Source of the DNA: Nemertoderma westbladi
Lineage: Eukaryota; Animalia; Xenacoelomorpha
Length of the DNA: 64,000 nt
Reading direction: 5' to 3'
NCBI GenBank assembly: GCA_032718475.1
Contig: JAUCBJ010000055.1
Span: 62,001-126,000 of the forward strand
This document shows, in pieces, positions 58,514 to 64,000 of the stretch (within the stretch, counting starts at the first letter, position 1; every line of letters starts with the position of its first letter). Below the pieces are notes generated by a model. That model was not told the origin of the DNA. It saw only the letters and a program-made list of their open reading frames with translations, and did not search any database. The position numbers and the translations under genes are program-made.

Positions 58514-61500
58514 AATAGCGTATTTACTCTGGCCAGGCAAAGGCACACAACCTCTGATATCGTGGGAGGGTCACTCATATATTAGTTAGTTTAGAGTTTT
58601 TTTTACAATTTACTCAAATTTTAAGACATACAATGCATTGTGTCTAACAGTGTGGGACTGTGGGGCGAGCCACGAAGTAAGTCATCGAGTTGTCTGTCGT
58701 CGTTGTTGTCCGTAACAATTTTGATCGCTAATTTCTCAGCCACTTTCAATACAAATGAAACAAATCAAACTAGAGAAAATGTTAGGATCGAATATGAATT
58801 ATGGTGAATAATGAAATGAAAATGAATAATGAAAATTATTATTATTATATTATTATTATTATTAGCACAATTATTATGTGGTATTATCTAATAGACTATA
58901 ATACTTATTTGTGATATTTGGCAGCATATTTCTTCTTTGATGCAGTAGAGCCTACAATTTCAGTTTTCCGTTTGGCAAAATTGTTCATAAGAATGTTGGA
59001 CACACGTCGGAAGTCTTTATCCTCGAGACGAATATAAGAAAAACCGTGACTAAGTAGCTTAAAGGCTTTACCCAGCTGTGCAAGACAATACAGAGATGGG
59101 TCGGTTACAGTAAAAAATACTACGCAACAAGATATAAACTGCACTAAACTTTCTGCCGGAATACAGAGGCTTCCTCGGGAAACTAACTTTGTATAAGCTA
59201 CCCACTCGAGAGGACATTCGGGGCTATCGGGCATCTCTATAGAACGACCATCTTTAAGGGCTTTATGGAGCAGGTAACCTCCAATATAAACTACGACACT
59301 TCGAGTTGTTGGGGGAACATCTCCAGTAGTAACTGAGTCATACGCAAAGTCTATTTCAGATAAAGCTTCTTCAGTTAGTTCACAATCGCATTTCGAACAG
59401 GAATGGCATATAGGGATGTCGCATAAGGAAGAAATAGACACTCCGGCATGGAAAGCATGTTTCGCTAACATTAGCCTCATAGTATTATGAAGCATCTCGT
59501 GGGTAACGTAATAAGAAGCTGCATTTCTTTGACGGACTTCACTGAACAATTTTTCAATATCATTGGAGGAATAGCGGCTTGGCAGAAAATATGAATACTC
59601 AGGAGAGAGGAGGAGTCGAGTTGACAAAGTTTTCAGGCCACGTGTTAATCGAAGCAATCCTTTCTTTGTATCGGAAGAAAGGCTCGATGTTTGCATGGCT
59701 GATGCAAAATCAATTACCCAGTTAAGTTCCTCTGGGTCAGTTATCCGCTCATCAGAGAGAGTTCGCCAGAAACGGATAACAAGTCGAATCAGAGTGGCCG
59801 TGGGAGGATGTCGGGTTTCAACAGCTGCGGCTGTTTTATCATTCCACAATTGGAGAGCCAGTGGAACACTTTGTTTTCCATAATTATCCAATTCAACGGA
59901 CTTTTTTGTAAGAGCCGATTGACGCAGAAGTTTGCTTTCCTCCTCGACCTGTAGATTGATAATAACATTCCAATCTGCTATAAGCACTTCGTTCGTATCT
60001 GGATTGGTGAATTCAAATTTACACTTCGAAAAGAAGTTATTTCGAATAGACTTAATTATATGCACGAAATCGCACAGTGCAATTCCTCCCCTGCCACTAA
60101 TAATGTCCAAGAAAGACTGATTGACCCGGCAGTTGTCAGTTACAACAGCAATAACTTCACAACCAACATCAACGATAGCTGTAGTAATATCATCATGGAA
60201 TGAAAGCAGTTCATCTGATGTAAGAGATGCGGCAGGGAGGAACTTAATAGGAATACGCGGGCCACCGAACTCGAACTTCAGCAGGGCACCCAATGCAGTC
60301 TTAGCCACCTTTCCATTATTTGTGAGGCCATAAAAGTTTCCACCGCGATACTGAATTCCAGGTTTTAAATATATTTCATCATACTGGATTACAAGTAGCC
60401 TTTGTCGTTGTTCTAATGATGAAACAATTGAACGTAGAAAATCTCTATCAGTCTGTGAAATAACAGCAGACATGATCGTACGCATTAGACGAGGCGAAGG
60501 CAAAGACATCTCAGATCGTAAAAATAAATAAGCTGAACGCGAACGGGAGAGAAGATCCAGGGCAAATACTATGTCGTGATCAGTATAACGCCGACCAACC
60601 TTCTTCTGGCGGAGTTTTCGTTCAATAATTTGCAGAGGCAGTTGGCTCTTGGAAAATTCTCCATGCATCATGTCGAGGAGGCCTGTTAATTCTGACCATT
60701 TTGTGAGGTTTCGCCCGCGACGAAATACAGTCTGATTAGTCATATAGAAGGGATCTCCTCCTATAAACGCATCCTTGACAAGAAGGGAATTATGGGATGT
60801 ATCTTTCTCCACTACGAGTGTTACATTAGCAAGCGGGCCGGTAGTTTCTACAGACAATATTCTAGCTTGTGTTGGAGAAACTTCTACTACAACATTTTGT
60901 GGAGAAACTCTCTCTTTCAGCATTGCAGAAAAGGTGCCGGTAATAGGATCCAGGTTTATAGTATCCCTTTTTAGAAACTCTTCCATGGAATCTACTTCAA
61001 CACGGCGGTTCTGTGCAGATATCTTACCTGCATGGACACGCTTTGGTGGTGCTGGTGATGGTGCAGATGAGTGCGGAATATTATGAAAAATGGATGGTGG
61101 ACAAGTTGCTTGTTTGGATCCACGGGGCCCGATCTTAAAGGAATCCATGGGAAAATGTTTTTCACATATTGTATGGCAAGTTTTGGGCTGCCAGCCAATT
61201 GGAAGTTTGTTGGGGAGGGACCGGATCCAAGCGTTTCTCTCCTCGGGATCGGAAGGAAATCGAAACCTGGCAAGGTGAGGATCTATAGTGCCAGTTGTTT
61301 TCCGGCATTTTCTAATAAGGTAACCGGTGCGACAGCCATATACCATGCAAGTATTTACCATTGTTAAGTTTTTACATTTCCGAGATTAGTTCGTTATAAT
61401 TGAATATGATTCGTAATAACAGAATAATGATTCGTTATAATCGTTATATGGATTAATCTACTGTACACAATATAGCCTACGTACTTTGTACCAGTAGGCT

Positions 61501-62156
61501 ACTTTTGTATACAGGAAAACAATAACAAAATTAAAATGTGGGGAGGAAACTACCGAACTACAAAAGTGCCAAAATATAATTAGGCTTAGTTTAATTGAAC
61601 ACATAGCGCCGAATGCTGTACACAATATAGCCTATGTACATTGTACCAGTACTGCAGTAGGCTACTTTTGTATACAGTGGGGAGGAAACTACTGAACTAC
61701 AAAAGTGCAAAAATATAATTAGGCTTAGTTTAATTGAATACATAGCGCGGAATGCCGTCCAAATGACCCGCAACTGATCGGCTATACCAGTATACGCGGC
61801 GTCCCGACTGAGCTGTCCGCCATGCCCTGGTTCGTCGGCCTCGTCGACGAGTGGCGTCGCCATAGGCTGGCGCGAATTTTAGCTTGGTTGCCTTGGGCGG
61901 GCAACAGACCAGCCAGACTGCTTCCGCAGTTAGCTAATTCAGTAATTACACCATACGCCAATTACGGTACCAGGGTACAGGACTGTGTACTGCAGTACTG
62001 GTACTGTACACTGTACACAATTACTGCATACTGCAATGTCAGACTCCTGGACACAGAATACAGTTCAGCAATTGCAGAAATGGGCAGCAAGTAAAGTGAC
62101 CCTCCCACGATTTCAGAGGTTGTGTGCCTTTGCCTGGCCAGAGTAAATACGCTATT
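58514..62156 (-). mobile_element. P-superfamily DNA transposon, apparently complete
   Basis: 62-bp terminal inverted repeats at 58514-58575 and 62095-62156 with 1 mismatch; 8-bp TSD ATCCTCAA at 58506-58513 and 62157-62164. Confidence 0.93.
58905..61361 (-). CDS. THAP-domain P-element transposase, 818 aa, uninterrupted
   Basis: THAP motifs CMVYGC..RFP..W..ICEKHF..PSIF; catalytic-type motifs YDEIYLK, VTDN, DFVHIIKSIRNN, NDIEKLFSEVRQ, YIGGY and SRGSL. Confidence 0.92.
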   Translation of the reverse strand: MVNTCMVYGCRTGYLIRKCRKTTGTIDPHLARFRFPSDPEERNAWIRSLPNKLPIGWQPKTCHTICEKHFPMDSFKIGPRGSKQATCPPSIFHNIPHSSAPSPAPPKRVHAGKISAQNRRVEVDSMEEFLKRDTINLDPITGTFSAMLKERVSPQNVVVEVSPTQARILSVETTGPLANVTLVVEKDTSHNSLLVKDAFIGGDPFYMTNQTVFRRGRNLTKWSELTGLLDMMHGEFSKSQLPLQIIERKLRQKKVGRRYTDHDIVFALDLLSRSRSAYLFLRSEMSLPSPRLMRTIMSAVISQTDRDFLRSIVSSLEQRQRLLVIQYDEIYLKPGIQYRGGNFYGLTNNGKVAKTALGALLKFEFGGPRIPIKFLPAASLTSDELLSFHDDITTAIVDVGCEVIAVVTDNCRVNQSFLDIISGRGGIALCDFVHIIKSIRNNFFSKCKFEFTNPDTNEVLIADWNVIINLQVEEESKLLRQSALTKKSVELDNYGKQSVPLALQLWNDKTAAAVETRHPPTATLIRLVIRFWRTLSDERITDPEELNWVIDFASAMQTSSLSSDTKKGLLRLTRGLKTLSTRLLLSPEYSYFLPSRYSSNDIEKLFSEVRQRNAASYYVTHEMLHNTMRLMLAKHAFHAGVSISSLCDIPICHSCSKCDCELTEEALSEIDFAYDSVTTGDVPPTTRSVVVYIGGYLLHKALKDGRSIEMPDSPECPLEWVAYTKLVSRGSLCIPAESLVQFISCCVVFFTVTDPSLYCLAQLGKAFKLLSHGFSYIRLEDKDFRRVSNILMNNFAKRKTEIVGSTASKKKYAAKYHK

Positions 62157-62621
62157 ATCCTCAACCATCTGTAGATGGTTGAGGCTCTGTAGTCTCAGAG
62201 GCTCTGTAAGCCTCAACGGAATACGTGATGTCTTATTGCCCCAATGGAATACGTGATGTCTTATTGGTCCAAATTATTCTATTAACTATACCTAGTATAA
62301 ATATTCGTTGGTTGGCCTACTCAGGCACTTGTAATCTGTGTCCTGCAGAATAATTTCCTTCACATGCAGGCTCTTAAGCACTGGTCAGATTACTGACAAT
62401 CGGTGTTTATTACATGTCTTAGATAATGTCCTTATGTCTTGTAATCTCCCTTGTTAATTATTATTATTAATTGATATTCTGTCGTTAAACTCAATTTGCT
62501 CTCGTATCGTTTAATATACCGCCGATATTACGTAATCAAGGAGGTTTTACACACGCCATAACAGGTCAAAATATATGAAATTGAGATTGGAAGAACATAT
62601 TTTACTAAAAGCGCTAACAGT

Positions 62622-63752
62622 GGTAAAGGAAACATCATTGCAGACACACTCTCACGAGCAGTATGTGCCTCTGCTGCCATTGCCCTCCCATCTATTGACT
62701 ACACAAAGTTAGCTGCTGACCAATAGTGCGAAGAGATCAATGCCTACCGCACAGCCATTACTGGAATGACACTTGTCGATGTCCAACTGACAAACAATGT
62801 CTCCATTCTATGCGATACCTCCACCGGCAAACCGCGCCCCATTGTCCCAGCAAAATGGACCCATTGTAAATTTGGTGCAATTCATGGACTCTCCCACCCG
62901 GGGCCTCGACCCACACAGCGCGCGATATCTGCCCGTTTCGTTTGGCATGGACTCAAGCGTGATGTGCGCCGCTGGTGCCGTGAGTGCCACCCGAGCCAGG
63001 CGTCAAAGGTCACCCAACATGTGCATGGACCCGTGACTCAACGCCCGCATGCAGAGCGACGTTTCGGCAGTTTTCACGTCGACCTTGTTGGACCTCTTCC
63101 AGAGTCTGAGGGCAATGTCTACCTCTTTACAATAATGGACCGCTTCACACGCTGGCCTGAGGCCATACCAATCACTAATAGTGAGACTGTGACATGTGTT
63201 TGCTCCCTCATCCGCGGCTGGATATCCCTTTTTGGTATTCCAAACGACATCACATCAGACCATGGCCCTCAATTTACAAGCGGCATTCGTGAGCTTGTCT
63301 TTGGCACAGCCCTGCGTGTGCCAGGTGAGTTTGTGCCAGATACCTCGCGTGCCACAGCCCCGTCTGATGCTTCCCTCCGACAGCTGCAGGCTGACATGTG
63401 TGCCATACAGCCACCTCCTGTCGTATTCCACTCTGACCCACCAGTCCACATGCCTCCGGACCTGGAAAAAGCCACACACGCGTACATCCGCCACGATGCT
63501 CACCGTGCGCCCTTACAGCGACCTTATGACGGTCCCTTCCGCGTCCTCCAAGCTGGTGACAAATCCTTCATTGTCGACCGCAATGGCAAAGAATATACTG
63601 TCTCTGTGGAAAGGCTGAAAGCCGCCTACCTGCCAATGCAGCCTCCGACCCAGCCCATTCCACAACCTCACCAGCCTCCTGGTTCGCCACTGCCAGCAAC
63701 TGTAACACGCTCAGGCCGTCAGGTCCGCCGGCCAGCCCATTTCCCTGACTGA
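62622..63752 (+). pseudogene. pol: Duplicate Gypsy integrase remnant with an internal deletion
   Basis: Near-identical to 56196-57507. It retains CRECH but lacks ~220 bp of the integrase core. Confidence 0.92.
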
Positions 63753-64000
63753 CGAATCGCCACCTCGTCCAGGAACTCGGCCCTGTCCTTCTCGCTGGGG
63801 GGAGGACCTGTGGCTCCCCAAACGGACCTAACAGTCTTCTGCGCCTCTTAGCAACTGATTATATTATATTATTTGTGTGCAAGGATTTTTTATGTTGGAT
63901 TATCCTCCTCCCACAATGGATCCGAAGTCAGGTGACGACCTTTGGATACTCAAGGGGGAGGCATGGGCAGCGTTACATAGACTGTCCAGGATTTGGAAGT

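Overview
Eukaryotic (probably invertebrate) window made almost entirely of transposable elements. An RTE LINE is split by a 46.5-kb nested stack of four BEL/Pao LTR retrotransposons (A 2861-49397 contains B 6888-48331, which contains D from 9911, which contains C 21973-31343). Each has a readable target-site duplication (TSD), and a later ~11.4-kb inversion (~33391-44822) scrambles B and D. The flanks hold a CR1/L2-type LINE, one probable host exon with a signal peptide, a second RTE, a duplicated block with Gypsy integrase remnants and an apparently intact THAP/P-element. Three observations stand out. (1) None of the four BEL elements has a tRNA primer-binding site; instead the 9-10 nt abutting each 5' LTR are complementary to a co-varying segment inside that element's own LTR, suggesting tRNA-independent self-priming. 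(2) Two divergent BEL families carry a homologous accessory gene after pol encoding a DEDD-type 3'-5' exonuclease plus three CCHC zinc knuckles. (3) Element D carries at least 11 same-orientation copies of a 17-nt quasi-palindrome in both coding and non-coding DNA. All alignments and counts were done by eye; no searches were run.
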